A stretch of DNA of 62,473 bases, filler included, from Choristocarpus tenellus KU-1152 (lineage: Eukaryota; Protista; Phaeophyceae): assembly GCA_964200185.2 (NCBI GenBank). It is 8 parts of 8 records of this genome, joined end to end, with 100 filler letters (N's around TTAATTAATTAA, not from the genome) between each part and the next. Parts side by side here need not be neighbours in the genome. Positions count along the whole stretch, not along the records: positions 5,938 to 18,077 come from CAXNAD020001957.1; positions 18,178 to 21,215 come from CAXNAD020022765.1; positions 21,316 to 25,598 come from CAXNAD020015302.1; positions 25,699 to 29,967 come from CAXNAD020015373.1; 4 more parts are not named here. One strand, 5' to 3'. The notes under the pieces were generated by a model. That model did not search any database. It saw only the letters and a list, made by a program, of their open reading frames with translations, and had not been told where the DNA came from. This document shows, piece by piece, positions 14,278 through 25,807 of the stretch. The position numbers were made by a program, and so were the translations under genes. The stretch's first letter is position 1. The number at the start of each line of letters is the position of its first letter.

Positions 14278-15148
14278 CCTCGTGGCACTGCAGCTCCTCC
14301 TGAAGAGTTGTCGTGGCCACCACTGTTTTCTCAATCTCAATTGCGGGTCAAACGAGGTTAGAGTCAAAAGACGCTAGCTCCTTCCGGAGATGGTGGTCCT
14401 TGATCTTCTCTCTCTTGAGTTCTTCCTGGTCATTTTCCTCCCTTACCTTTTGGAGGTCTGCTTTCAAACGTTGCGATCTCTTTTTCAGGCACTGCTGGCG
14501 TTGACAATCTTTTCGCGGCTTCAGCACGAACGTCAGCCTCGTGGTTCTCAGCAGCTCAGTCTCTTTATTCTCTCGTCTTCCTCACGAAGCACTGCAGTCG
14601 CAGTAGCCTCTGACTCGTTTTCTTCCTTCCTCATCATAATGGCCTCCATCATGATGAAGGCTTGCTCGACTTTGCCCTCCACCTTTGCTTCCACTTCCCT
14701 CAATTCGATCTCCATCTCGACTCGTTGTTTCGTGACCATGGTCTCAGTACCAGTAGTCGCCCGGCTTTGCTTCAAGTGCAGCAGACACAATGTGTAGAAC
14801 CTCCTCATCATCTCTCTTGCATATTGAACCACATGTGCTTTGCCTGTGCTGGTGATACCATGCTTAACCTTGAAGATTTCCTTACTCATTTTAGTTGTCT
14901 GGAATCTTCTTCGCGCACCGTCTCTTGGTAGCCTACACATCTTCCTGGAGTTGGCCATTTTCAATGCCACTTATCTCATCAACCACCTGGTCGATTGAAG
15001 TGGGGTTTGTTGTAAAAGAAGCCTTAAAGGGCCCTCTACAAGATCTATCGAGGCATTTTCTGACAATATCGTATTCCAGGAAACACATCGAAAATTGTGA
15101 ATAGAAATCCCCACGATAAAGATCTAGGAAACAAGACGACAAGAACAC
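14278..15148 (-). pseudogene. Frameshifted coiled-coil (E/K/R-rich) coding remnant
   Basis: Segments VEMEIELREVEAKVEGKVEQ, AENHEADVRAEAAKRL and LKADLQKVREENDQEELKREK lie in different frames, with an in-frame stop. Confidence 0.5.
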
Positions 15149-15407
15149 TGGTCCCTCTATCTATATCGTAGACTATTTACGAAAAGGTCAACATCAACCA
15201 TTCATTATTCTCTCATCATCATGGACTTCACAAAAAGTTTCATTATATTAGCAAGTCCTGTTGCAGAGAGGATAAATGTTGCGTCGGTCGGGGGATACGA
15301 ACTTCACAACCGGGTAGGGCGAGCGAAAATTACAAATATCACAAACACTCCCTTAAAAGCTCGTAATACACAATGTACTGTGTACACTGCTGCTATGCCT
15401 CCAACTT

Positions 15408-15630
15408 AGCTTACCCTACACTGGGCGAGGAGCTAGGGAAGCATCCCAAGAATCCGACAGGCCCCTCCTTGCCCATCTCCGAGGTGTCCCCAGCTTAAAA
15501 GGCGTGATAGCTATTATTACTGTTATTAGCATTATTATCATGCTTATCATTCTTAACGCTATTGCCATTATTAGCACCTTTATCATTATTTTCACTATAT
15601 ATTATCATCATTTATTAACATAATTATCCT
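15408..15630 (+). repeat. SINE/LINE 3'-end-like repeat with (ATT)-rich tail; second copy at 54478-54580
   Basis: gaggagc(t/c)agggaagcatcc(c/t)aagaatcc...cccctccttgcccatctcc...ccag(c/t)ttaaaa is shared by both copies; this copy is followed by a degenerate att/tat tract. Confidence 0.65.
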
Positions 15631-15660
15631 CTACCTTGATTTCTGCCATGTCTCGGTTAC

Positions 15661-17112
15661 CTTCCAAAGCCATGACGTCCCTGACTCTTCCTCCTGCTGT
15701 TTCCTCGAATCAAGCAGTTCACGCAGTACCTCCAGTCCGAAGTGCACTGCACGGGAAGATAGCTTGTTTTATAACATATTCGCGTGCCATGAGAGTGTAC
15801 TACTGACTCGCCACAAAGAAGGTGAAGTAGATTTGTTACAGCACGCTCTAGAACCTTACCTCCACAGGATGTATAGCTCCAATCTACAGTGTCTAAAAGA
15901 GTCTACCTCTTCCAGGCTGAATAAACACAAATACAGACACAAAACCATAGTTGCACTGAACTTGGGGATTACCATAGAATCTCCCCCTTCAGAACTAAAA
16001 CACAGCAATGACAGGACACTAAGACAATGACTCACAGTCACAAAAGAGATTGGGTGCTGCCATGGAAAGGCTTACCCTCCCTAGGAACTATGAACATACA
16101 CAAAAATCCAAACACCTTACACTAAAAAAGTATAAATAGGGAGTATCTCAGCAAATCTCTCCCTCTACACAACTATCAAACAAAAGCGAATACAGGCACA
16201 AAATTACATTAGCACTGAAATAGGGTAGTACCGTAGACTGTCCCCCTTCACACCTATGAACACAAACTATAGGACACCAAGATAATGTCTCACAGTCACA
16301 AACAAAAATGAGGTGCTGCCATATAAGGGCTTGCCCTACCCACGAACTAAGAACATACAAACAAAAAAAGACTCAGAATAATAGGGAGTGTCATAGTAAG
16401 ACTCTCCCATCTCACAAATATTGACACAAATGAATATGGATGCTAAATGACAATAACACTGAAATAGGGTACTGCCATAAACGCTTCGCCCTTCACAACT
16501 ATAAACACAAACAAGACAAGACAAGAATCCATGTCTCAAATACAAACAAAAATGTCTAAAAACCACACAAAATAGTAAATGTCATAATAAGACTACTCAC
16601 GCTGTTTAGAATGCGAAAAGGCAGACATGCTATTCGCCTGTAACATGCCCCCCAGCGTAAACTAGGAATACATGCTTCACGCTTACCACAGGCGATTATC
16701 AGAGGTCAGGACAATAAATATCATCTATTACCTCGAATCGTGCTGCGGCAGCATGTATTCATTGTAAAATGGCGACATAGGGGCTCCAGTTCCAACTCTG
16801 CCAATTTTTGTTCAACCTAGGGACTCCAGTTCCGACTCTGCTAGTTGTTTCCAACATAGGGACTTCAGTTCCGACTCTGTTCCGACTCTGCCAGTTGTTT
16901 CCGACACCGGGACTCCAGTTCCAACTAAACCCGTGGATTCCAACAATGGTCGACATATCTCCTCGTTACCTTTGAGGCTGTGGAAAGGGGTTAAGTTATT
17001 GATGCGTGGAAGCAATACATAAACGCGTTGAGCCGTCACAACTGCTATTGGAATTATCGCAAAGTCTGGACCTGAGCTGGAACCTCTCCGAATGACTGAT
17101 TCCCAGCTGAAC
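15661..17112 (-). CDS. Candidate spliced gene of unknown function, exons 16970-17112 and 15661-15746
   Basis: Strong acceptors (ttcttttgtttcacag, tcttcccgtgcag) and donors (aag|gtaac twice); phase-compatible join gives FSWESVIRRG...TPFHSLKVHFGLEVLRELLDSRKQQEEESGTSWLWK; no recognisable domain. Confidence 0.4.
15930..16560. repeat. Degenerate tandem repeat, ~250-bp period (~2.5 copies) built from ~80-bp subunits
   Basis: cactgaa(c/a)t(t/a)ggg recurs at ~15954, ~16213 and ~16457; ctcacagtcacaaa and gtgctgccat recur at the same period. Confidence 0.75.
16777..16927. repeat. ~39-40-bp minisatellite, 4 copies
   Basis: ggg(a/g)ct(c/t)cagttcc(a/g)act unit repeated four times, one copy with an internal 11-bp duplication. 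Confidence 0.85.
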
Positions 17113-18048
17113 CTGTGAAACAAAAGAACACTGTGACACACGAAAAACAGATGGGGAATGTGAGTATACGAATGGCGAGGAAGAACTACCTAGGCAACGT
17201 CTATACCGTGGCGGTCAGAAACCACTCGTTTAGGACTATAGGTGGATGATGTGGCAGTCAGAGACCACTCGTTGTACAACTATAGAAGGATGATGGTTCC
17301 CTCGGAGCCACAGATGCCATCACACCCACGGAGACGACAAGGCCAAGCAGAAGGAAGTCCTGTAGACGATGAAGGTGATCCAGAACCATCCAAGGAGACC
17401 ACCTAACCATATGAAAAAAAAAATCCAGGGTATCGTAGAGAGCTACCAAGAATCCTAAGTGTTGAGGTGAACAGTGAGTACTCTCTCCAGTTTGAAGAGA
17501 GACGGTAGGACCTCCATGTTACAGCGTGCCTCAGAACCCACCTCCACAGGATGTATAACTCAAATCCAACGACTTTAAAACGAAACTATGGGCACGTTGC
17601 CCTAGGTAACAGTTTGTTGGTTGTCAGGTAGCCTTTTCTTGATACTTCACTCAGTGATTAGCTCAAAGCTCGACGCAATGTTTCGTTCAAGATAAAAAAA
17701 AACTGATTTAAGGGGGGTAATGGATTTGTCCAAAGGCCCTCTTATTATATTCATCATCCACCCAATTTCTTTGGTCTTCTATGCAACTGCTCTATTTGTA
17801 CTCCAATCATAAACCTTTATTCTGCAACTTCTTAGACACTTTGACGTTTTCTTCTGTAATGTTACGTATGCATTACGAATTCTTACTCTGTATCTTCTAC
17901 GATTTCAGCATTTATTCTGAAAGGTTACCTATGTATTACTAATCGTATGTTATTCGCACTTGTCAGAACGCGACAAACAATGCTTGCACTATTCGCCTGT
18001 CACACATGCTCGTTTTTGCTAAAAACATGAGAAAAAACTGCTCGTGCT

Positions 18049-18077
18049 GGGTGAAAGTATCTGGGGGGGGGGGAGTG
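18049..18077 (+). mobile_element. MITE family A left end, broken at contig end
   Basis: gggtgaaagtatctgggggggggggg immediately before the spacer. Confidence 0.7.
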
Positions 18078-19654
18078 NNNNNNNNNNNNNNNNNNNNNNN
18101 NNNNNNNNNNNNNNNNNNNNNTTAATTAATTAANNNNNNNNNNNNNNNNNNNNNNNNNNNNNNNNNNNNNNNNNNNNGTATAACGGTATATGGCATACGG
18201 CAATAACGATATAATAACAGACAAAAATGCTTTTCACATCTAGGGGTCCAACATTCTAAGGTCGGTTGTTCTTTTATTGATAATTGTGAAATTATTATTC
18301 AACCGAAAAAAGAGGTCATAAAGACCATATTTTCTTGGTCAAGGGAGACTAGGTGTGTACCCCTTCTACGAGGATCGAACTCGTCTGCCGCTATCTCTGT
18401 GCGTTGTACGTAACGCTAAATACCGGGCGTGTCGGAAGGGAAAAATACGACTGGACTTCTTCTTCGTGCAAGGTGATGAAATGCGTACGACTCGAGGATG
18501 ATGTAACCCAACTGCGACATGTCATCCTCTCTGGACCCGACTCGATGTGCGAAACATTTTCTCTCTCTCCTTCTGTCGGTTTCCCCTGTCCGATTTGCAA
18601 CGTGCCTACCCACTGCAGACATTACGCGATCAAAGGAGAGGCTTAGTCCAACCACCAAATGCCGCCATGCCTCCAAAGGGAACCAGAAGGTGAGTCCACC
18701 TACCAGAATGTGCACCCTCTGGGCAGCTCATTCGGGAGCGTTTCTGAATGACCAATGTTGCAAACACCATCATGATTTAGCGCCTTTGACGGATGTTGCG
18801 ACTTTCGTTCTTTCACATAGCATGTATTAGCATGTGGGTGACATCATGTACCCATGCGGTTGTACGACCCCGTGGTCACGATCCCTAACCCAACCATTGT
18901 CGCATAGTGTGCCGTAGCCAACACACCCATCCGGGGTCGAGCCTTCCTCAACAACCGGCCGTTCACGATACGCAACGTATTCCGTCAATCTCTATGTACG
19001 CGTTCCTCTAAATAAAGAGTTCCAACATCTCTTGTACCTGACTTTGGTGAAAGCACGAACATGCCCCTCGCATTAGGAATTATCTCGTTATTGCTTTCTT
19101 AATGTATAGCCCAAATTCGGGTTAGGTGTAGACAGCGTTGTTGTCTGCCACACGAGATTGCCCATCCAAACAGACACGACATAGACAAGCTCCTAATTAT
19201 ATTCCCTCCAACACAATACTGTGCAAAGTGGTAACGATTCATACACCATTGCATTATGTAGAAAGTTTTTCAGGTCTACGACCATACCAATTTCGACCAC
19301 CACTGCTATGTTGCCACATGTGTAAATATCTTTTGAAACCTCCAGATACATTTCCGAGGGAAAGCAATTTTTGGGTCAAAATCGGCGTAAACCCTATGCA
19401 CGCCGGTCTGTATATCCCGCCGAATATAGCACGGGTCTGTCGACACTGGCGACAATTTTTTTGGTGTACACTAAGAGGCCTCCATGTCATGTTGGTTTGA
19501 AATCCAGGGAGCAAATGCTCACATTAGGCCAAAATTGGCGACGTGTGCATTGTTGATGATTTTCCAACGTGTCCACCCCTCATTGCGCTTTTATCGGTCG
19601 TGAACACAACCACACGTCTCTGCACATGTTTATTTGTTCATTTGCATTCGGAGC

Positions 19655-20640
19655 TTGTACAAAGCAGCTGTCAATAGTGGTGTCACCAACGTTTTCAAAT
19701 CCGATGCCCCTGTATTTATCACCATTAGAACCGTGTACACACCAGCTGTCAATAGTGGTATCACCAACATTTTGAATTAGTATGCCCTTATTTTTATTAC
19801 CATTAGAACCGTGTACATACCGGCTGTCAAAATAACGGTATCACCAACATTTTCAAATCCAATATCCCTGTATTTTTAACCATCAGAAACGTGTGTACAC
19901 ACCAACTGTCAGTAGTGATATCTCAAACATTTTCAAATTCGATGGTCTGTATTTCTTACCTTCAAAACCACGCACACACCAGCTGTCCATAGTGGTCACA
20001 CACCAACAATAGCATTGTGGAGTTGTATGCCCCTGTTTTTATCGCCATTAGAAACGTGTGTACACACCAACTGTCAGTGGTGATATTTCAAACATTTTCA
20101 AATTCGATGGGTCTGTATTTCTTACCATCAGAACCGCGCACACACCAGATGTCCATAGTGGTCACACCAACAATTTCAAATTCGATGCCCTGTGTTTCTT
20201 ACCATTAGAACCGTGCACACACCACCTGCCAATAGTGATATCACCAACATTTTGAAACCCGATGCCTCTGTATTTATCACCATTAGAACCGTGTACACAT
20301 CAGCTGTCAATAGTGGTATCACCAACAATTTCAAATTCGATGCCCTGTATTTCTTACCACTAGAACCGTGTACACACTAGCTGTCAATAGTGGTATCACC
20401 AACATTTTCAAATCCGATGGCCCTGTATTTCTCGCCATTAGAACCGTGTACACACCAGCCGTCAATAGTGGTATCACCAACATTTTCAAATTCGATTGTC
20501 TGTACTTCTTACCATTAGAACCGTGTACACACCGGCCGTCAATAGTCGTAACACCAACGTTTTGAAATCCGATGCCCCCGTATTTATCACCGGTAGAACC
20601 GTGTACACACCAGCTGTCAATAGTGGTATCACCAAAATCA
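19655..20640. repeat. 77-80-bp tandem repeat array, ~12.5 copies
   Basis: Consensus ACCATTAGAACCGTGTACACACCAGCTGTCAATAGTGGTATCACCAACATTTTCAAATYCGATGCCCTGTATTTMTY; anchors at ~19723, 19801, 19881, 19961, 20046, 20126, 20203, 20281, 20358, 20436, 20513, 20591. Confidence 0.97.
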
Positions 20641-21315
20641 CTACTCCAGCATCTATAATTTGTTTGGTCGAAAACATTCATAAACCATCTGCCACCAGCA
20701 GTGCCAGTGTCGCTTACCCTGACCGCATTTGAAGTTGGACCTAACCCAACACCGACCGGGCGTCAAAATACCGTATGCATCTGTGGCGATTTCTAAGCAG
20801 CGTGGATTCTCTTTACTCCCATGTCAGAGCACCGCGCACACCATACCCTGTCAGCAGCCCACTATCCAAAGCCCCCATCCTACCGTAATCACCCCACCCA
20901 CCCCAGTTGCTGACAATGTAAGCCCTGAAGGCAACACCCATGATCCTTACACGTAAACCCTAACCAACACAAATTACCTACATCTCGAACACTCAACCCA
21001 ATCCGTGAAGAGACAGATTTCACCTTACATATAACATGTCAACGTACTGGCAATGCAGCGGCAATCATCAGAATTAATTCCAGCGAATTCAATCGAACTT
21101 AGCCGAAAATGGAACATGAGTTGCAGTGACATATGTTGAGAGTTGTTAAAGAAACTGGTGTTCCCAAGACTTGTGTGCGTAAATAACTCGATTATTTCCT
21201 CATTATGTAGAACAGNNNNNNNNNNNNNNNNNNNNNNNNNNNNNNNNNNNNNNNNNNNNTTAATTAATTAANNNNNNNNNNNNNNNNNNNNNNNNNNNNN
21301 NNNNNNNNNNNNNNN

Positions 21316-21500
21316 GGATCAAAGGAGCCCTCGCAGTGGGTGCGCTTTCGCGCCTCAGCTGCAGCAGCAGTTACACCATTGCTGGTGGATGAGTTGGTGA
21401 GGTGGGAGGTTACCTGTACCTCTGCAAAGGTGACGTCCAGCAGAAGACCTTTGTCCCTGTAGGGAGCTGTTCCAGCGTCTACTAGTGCCCCTGCGTGGAA
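21316..21500 (-). mobile_element. Non-LTR retrotransposon C-terminal restriction-like endonuclease (RLE) fragment
   Basis: Translates AGALVDAGTAPYRDKGLLLDVTFAEVQVTSHLTNSSTSNGVTAAAAEARKRTHCEGSFD, resembling the LLxDVT...AExRKxxHY region of CRE/R2-group elements. Confidence 0.7.
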
Positions 21501-21949
21501 TAGTTTTATTGTTGTTTTGTTGTTATTTTGTTAAAAGTAAGCTAAAAGGTATCCAGGTTTACATTTTAAGGATGTTGACAAATATGTGCAAGTATAACCA
21601 TTATGTGCAAATGCGTGTAGGGAATTTTCTTCATATTCTGTCGAAACTTCAAGCAATAGAGATATCAGCAGTCCCAAATCAATCTTAGCTCTTCGTCCAA
21701 AGAAATATCGGTGAATCGCAGAAGATTTAAAATGTGGCTTGAATAGCAAAACTGGAAAAACCTGGGTACCTCTCATTTACCTTGACTCACCATCATTTTC
21801 TACATCATTATTTTGCTTTGGTCACGAATTCAGGATAAATTTTGTTCCCCTATCTTTATCCTACATCCAACCCACTCCTCCTCAACCGGGGCCACACCAC
21901 TCATTCCGTACCGCACCACTGTCACAAAAGCTTCCTTGCTACCAAAAGA

Positions 21950-22105
21950 AATATGCGACAAATATCCGGGTACCCCAATTACCAAGCAATGCGACCACTC
22001 TCCGCGTACCCACTCACCAAGCAATGAGGCCAACTTACGTCTGTCCAATCATCAACCAATGCGGCCAATTTCTGCGTATCCAATCTCCATCAATGCAGCC
22101 AATTT
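21950..22105. repeat. ~35-bp degenerate minisatellite, ~4.5 copies
   Basis: caatgc(g/a)(g/a)cca...(g)cgta(c/t)cc...cca recurring. Confidence 0.7.
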
Positions 22106-23745
22106 CTGTTAATCAACTCCCACATCAATCCTCCCAAAATGCTCCACCTCCATCCATGACGCTCCACATTCCTCCACCACAACATTCTACATTCTTCCAG
22201 AGTAATCCTAGCTTAGAGGAGACTATTGAACATTATGTCTAACACTCTTTTCCTATGATCCACATGCACTTAATCGTATGAAATTCAATTCGTCAGCGGT
22301 GCAAGGGCCTGTACTACTAGAAGACATTCGAAATCACCTCAAATTACAAGCAACACCCCCCTCGAAGATAGTAGGACTCCCACATGACCCCACATTCATG
22401 AGTTTCGACTCAAACCTTCCTGCCTCTTTGTAGGCATGACGTCAGTAGCCTGGCTCGTGTGGCTCCTCATTTTCTGGCTGAGTCAGATCGTGTCCATTGA
22501 GGCAAGAAGGATGTGGGTTCGGAAGACTGTTCAAGTTGTCCGTCGTGGTGACTACTACTACAGGTAGTGCGCATTTCACCCTCCTTTCAATATATATAGT
22601 TCGAAGTGTAGGTGTAAGCTTTGCGTATCCTACTCAACCTTTTCCTTAAGCAAAGATTGATTCGTTCCAAATGCCAATACATCACTGTTGGCAGCAAACC
22701 CTATTACAGCATAGCAAAAGATAGTATAAAGATAAACGAGTAAACCGGTAAGGGTGTATTGACCATAGGGATGATTCACACCTTCATCACCCTCTCATAT
22801 CAAACCCTCATATGTGATACCACCAACTACCAACGACCGCAAGCCTTGATGTAGCCCATTTTTCAGTCTGAAAGTCTGAAAAAACCCTTACTACTCTAAT
22901 GCAGACAGGAGATCAGCACGACCTCTTGCATCCATGCAGAAGGATCACATTCCCTTTCATCTGTGTGTGTGTATACGTGACCTGGATCAATGTGCCTGAT
23001 AATCCAGTCATAGTTTCTACAGGCACCCCAACTTGGCCAGCTACAAAGGTCGGGTGCTTCCTGTTGTGCACAGGGACGGAAATATCTAAACAGTGGACTC
23101 CCCGGACAACTTGGATATCCCCACGAATGTCTCCGTTGCAATTTTGCTGGACGGGATGAAGGCTAAGGTGGATTCCAGCCATTTTTCTTCTTGTATTTAA
23201 ACAAGTCATTGCCTGTCATGTGCTAGGTCCTTCATTGTACACACATCTATCATGATATTATATGCAGTCCCAACTCCTAGAACAAGAACCCAGCAAAAAA
23301 CATACTGCCACTTTCCCTGATCGATTTCAAAATCAAGATGTTTTTGGTGCAGACCTTGTCCACTATATTGACCACCGCTCAACATCATATTTCAATGTAT
23401 TTGGGAAGCTCAGCTTCTCCAAGTAGCATTGACACAACTCATTGACTTATACCTCGCAGGGAGTGCCTGACTTGTTGCCAAGCAAAGGCACCTGCATCAC
23501 TGACAGTGCAAAGACATGTGAGTTGCTGTCCCTGGTAAGGCTGAATTACTTCTATGACAAAGCCCCTTGGTTTCTCCAAAGCAGCCAATAGACACAATTT
23601 TAGAACGCTTCTTTTGTGTTATGGGAAGAGAGACTTGACAGTAGTCAAAGTGCAAAGAGGTGCTACTCGTTGTGTGCAACAGAGAAAATCCAGACACAGT
23701 TTTCAAAGTATGAGATCAAAGTTATCAGTATGTACTTCGACATGT

Positions 23746-23979
23746 GAGTGAAAGTGTCTTAGAGGGGACGAGTTTTGCCCTGTTTGTCTGTTTGGGGCTT
23801 GGCTTCCCACTTTTTTTTTTACATTTTATCTACTCCGAAATGTTTTGGAGTAGGTAAAGTGTGTTCCTTATGAAAAGGTGTGTCTGGAACAAGGACATTA
23901 AAACTTCCTAACAAACGCAAGAGTCAAAATTACATCAAAACCGAAACATTGGATTTTGGCCTGTAAGATACTTTGACTC
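23746..23979 (+). mobile_element. MITE family B copy (3' internal deletion)
   Basis: TIRs gagtgaaagtgtcttag / taagatactttgactc. Confidence 0.9.
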
Positions 23980-24214
23980 CATCAAATACTCTAAGATCCA
24001 ACTAAGAATGATGATTGTGTTTTATCTTCTGTCCACACAAACCTGTCCACACAATTTCATCTGGAACTTTTCAGTTCCAGCAGAACGCCCCAATCTTTGT
24101 TATTGAGATGAAAACAGAAATGCCAGGACTCACCTCGAGATAGACTTAGTACATCTACCATGTTTTAGGAAGAAGTGTTGCTGACCGCTGCAGGGCTGTA
24201 ACCAACACAGGAGG

Positions 24215-24466
24215 GAGTGAAAGTATCTTAGGTGGTACGAGTTTTACCCGATTTGTCCATTTGGGGATTGGCTTCCCATGGGTTTTTAATGATATTTCAC
24301 CTACTCCAAAATGTTCCAGAGTAGGTAAAATGTATAGGTTATGAAAAGGTGTGTATGGAACATGGTATTGGCACTTCCTAACAATAGCCAAAATTACATC
24401 AAAATCGAAGCATTAGGTTTTGGGCCCCAAACGGACGTGGCTCTACCTTCTAAGATACTTTGACTC
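24215..24466 (+). mobile_element. MITE family B, full-length copy
   Basis: 17-bp TIRs gagtgaaagtatcttag / ctaagatactttgactc; internal hairpin ctactc...gagtag. Confidence 0.92.
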
Positions 24467-24570
24467 ACGAGATGGGAACCAAATGGTCAACCACACCAAA
24501 GTGTTCGCAATAGAGTCGGACGCAAGTATGTAGTCAAGTCTCTAATGGTTGTTTGCTTACGCATTCTTCC

Positions 24571-24744
24571 TCAAAGTATCTGGGGGGGGTGGCGACTGTC
24601 CATTTGGGGTCAAATTTTTCATGTCGCAATTTCCGTGTGATTTGGTTGCATGTGTCGAATGGATAATGTAACTGCACTTTTCCTGGTTACGGCCCAAATG
24701 GACACCCTGGTGTAGACCCCCCCCCACCCTAGATACTTTGGGTC
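24571..24744 (+). mobile_element. MITE family A, near-full-length copy
   Basis: caaagtatct-G8 ... C-run-agatactttg; internal inverted pair gtccatttggg / cccaaatggac; colinear with 55036-55205. Confidence 0.9.
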
Positions 24745-25577
24745 TTCTCCAAGTGGCTTCTGCTGTACACTCAAAATCACAGTGACAATTCCTGTTTGAA
24801 ACAAACAAGTTCACAGCACTTCTTATCCGAGCCATCATGCCTTGATCGCAGTGTGTCAGTAGAAACAAAAGGTATTTTTGGCTGGAAAATGTCGAAAATG
24901 CCGAGACCTACTAGCCAAGCTTCCAAGCCAAATTTCCAAGAGGGGGGGTGATTGGCCATTTTGTCGTCAAGGGACTCATAAATGTGATGCCTAACACCCC
25001 ATTTTTTTGACCCTAATCCAAGGAATCCTCGTCAGGAGTCTGTGAATGTAGAACAAGAGATTCTGTAGATGGATGTTTTGTCATTGGATTTTGGATTGGT
25101 TTGAAACTTTTCGACACAATTCAGAGTATATCCTATATGCATTTGAAAAAAAGGTAAATTTTGCACATAGTTGTGAGTATCCTTCAAATGCAACTCAGGG
25201 GTACCTCTTTTCTACTTTGATTCCGAAATAGGCACTAAGAAAAAAATCATCAACGTGGCAACACTTCAGCAGCAAAAGTACATCACCCATTTACGAAGTC
25301 TCTCCGAGCAACTGTGACACATTACACCTCCTGGATGGGTGGGTGCCTTTGTACGCAAGCACAGTGGAGTGCTCTGTACAATTTGGAGATTGAGTTGAAT
25401 TTTACAGTGGATACAAATCTACGTTTTCATTCTTTGCTTTCGTGTCACCACATACCCTGGTACTAGTGCATAAATGAACAGTCCAAAAGCAGCAAGCTAC
25501 CAAGAGTATGAAGCTTGAGAGGGTAGATGGTCAACCTTGGAACAGGATAGGGATGGCCTTGGTGTACACAGTTAGAT

Positions 25578-25598
25578 GGGTCAAAGTATCTGGGGGGG
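25578..25598 (+). mobile_element. MITE family A left end, broken at contig end
   Basis: gggtcaaagtatctggggggg immediately before the spacer. Confidence 0.75.
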
Positions 25599-25807
25599 NN
25601 NNNNNNNNNNNNNNNNNNNNNNNNNNNNNNNNNNNNNNNNNNTTAATTAATTAANNNNNNNNNNNNNNNNNNNNNNNNNNNNNNNNNNNNNNNNNNNNAC
25701 AGTATCGGGGTAGTGCAGAAGTCCTCCCCCCCCCCCCCCAAGCCCCCAAGCCTTCCCAGTGTTTATTCCACCCATGGTACTGCCTACAACGCATAATACG
25801 GTCATAC

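Noticed and set aside
17596-17610. gttgccctaggtaac, an RFX X-box-like palindrome
   Set aside because: A single short motif; no evidence of function or of RFX in this lineage
19655-20640. CRISPR or guide-RNA array
   Set aside because: The entire unit is repeated with no unique spacers, and no cas-like or nuclease ORF is nearby
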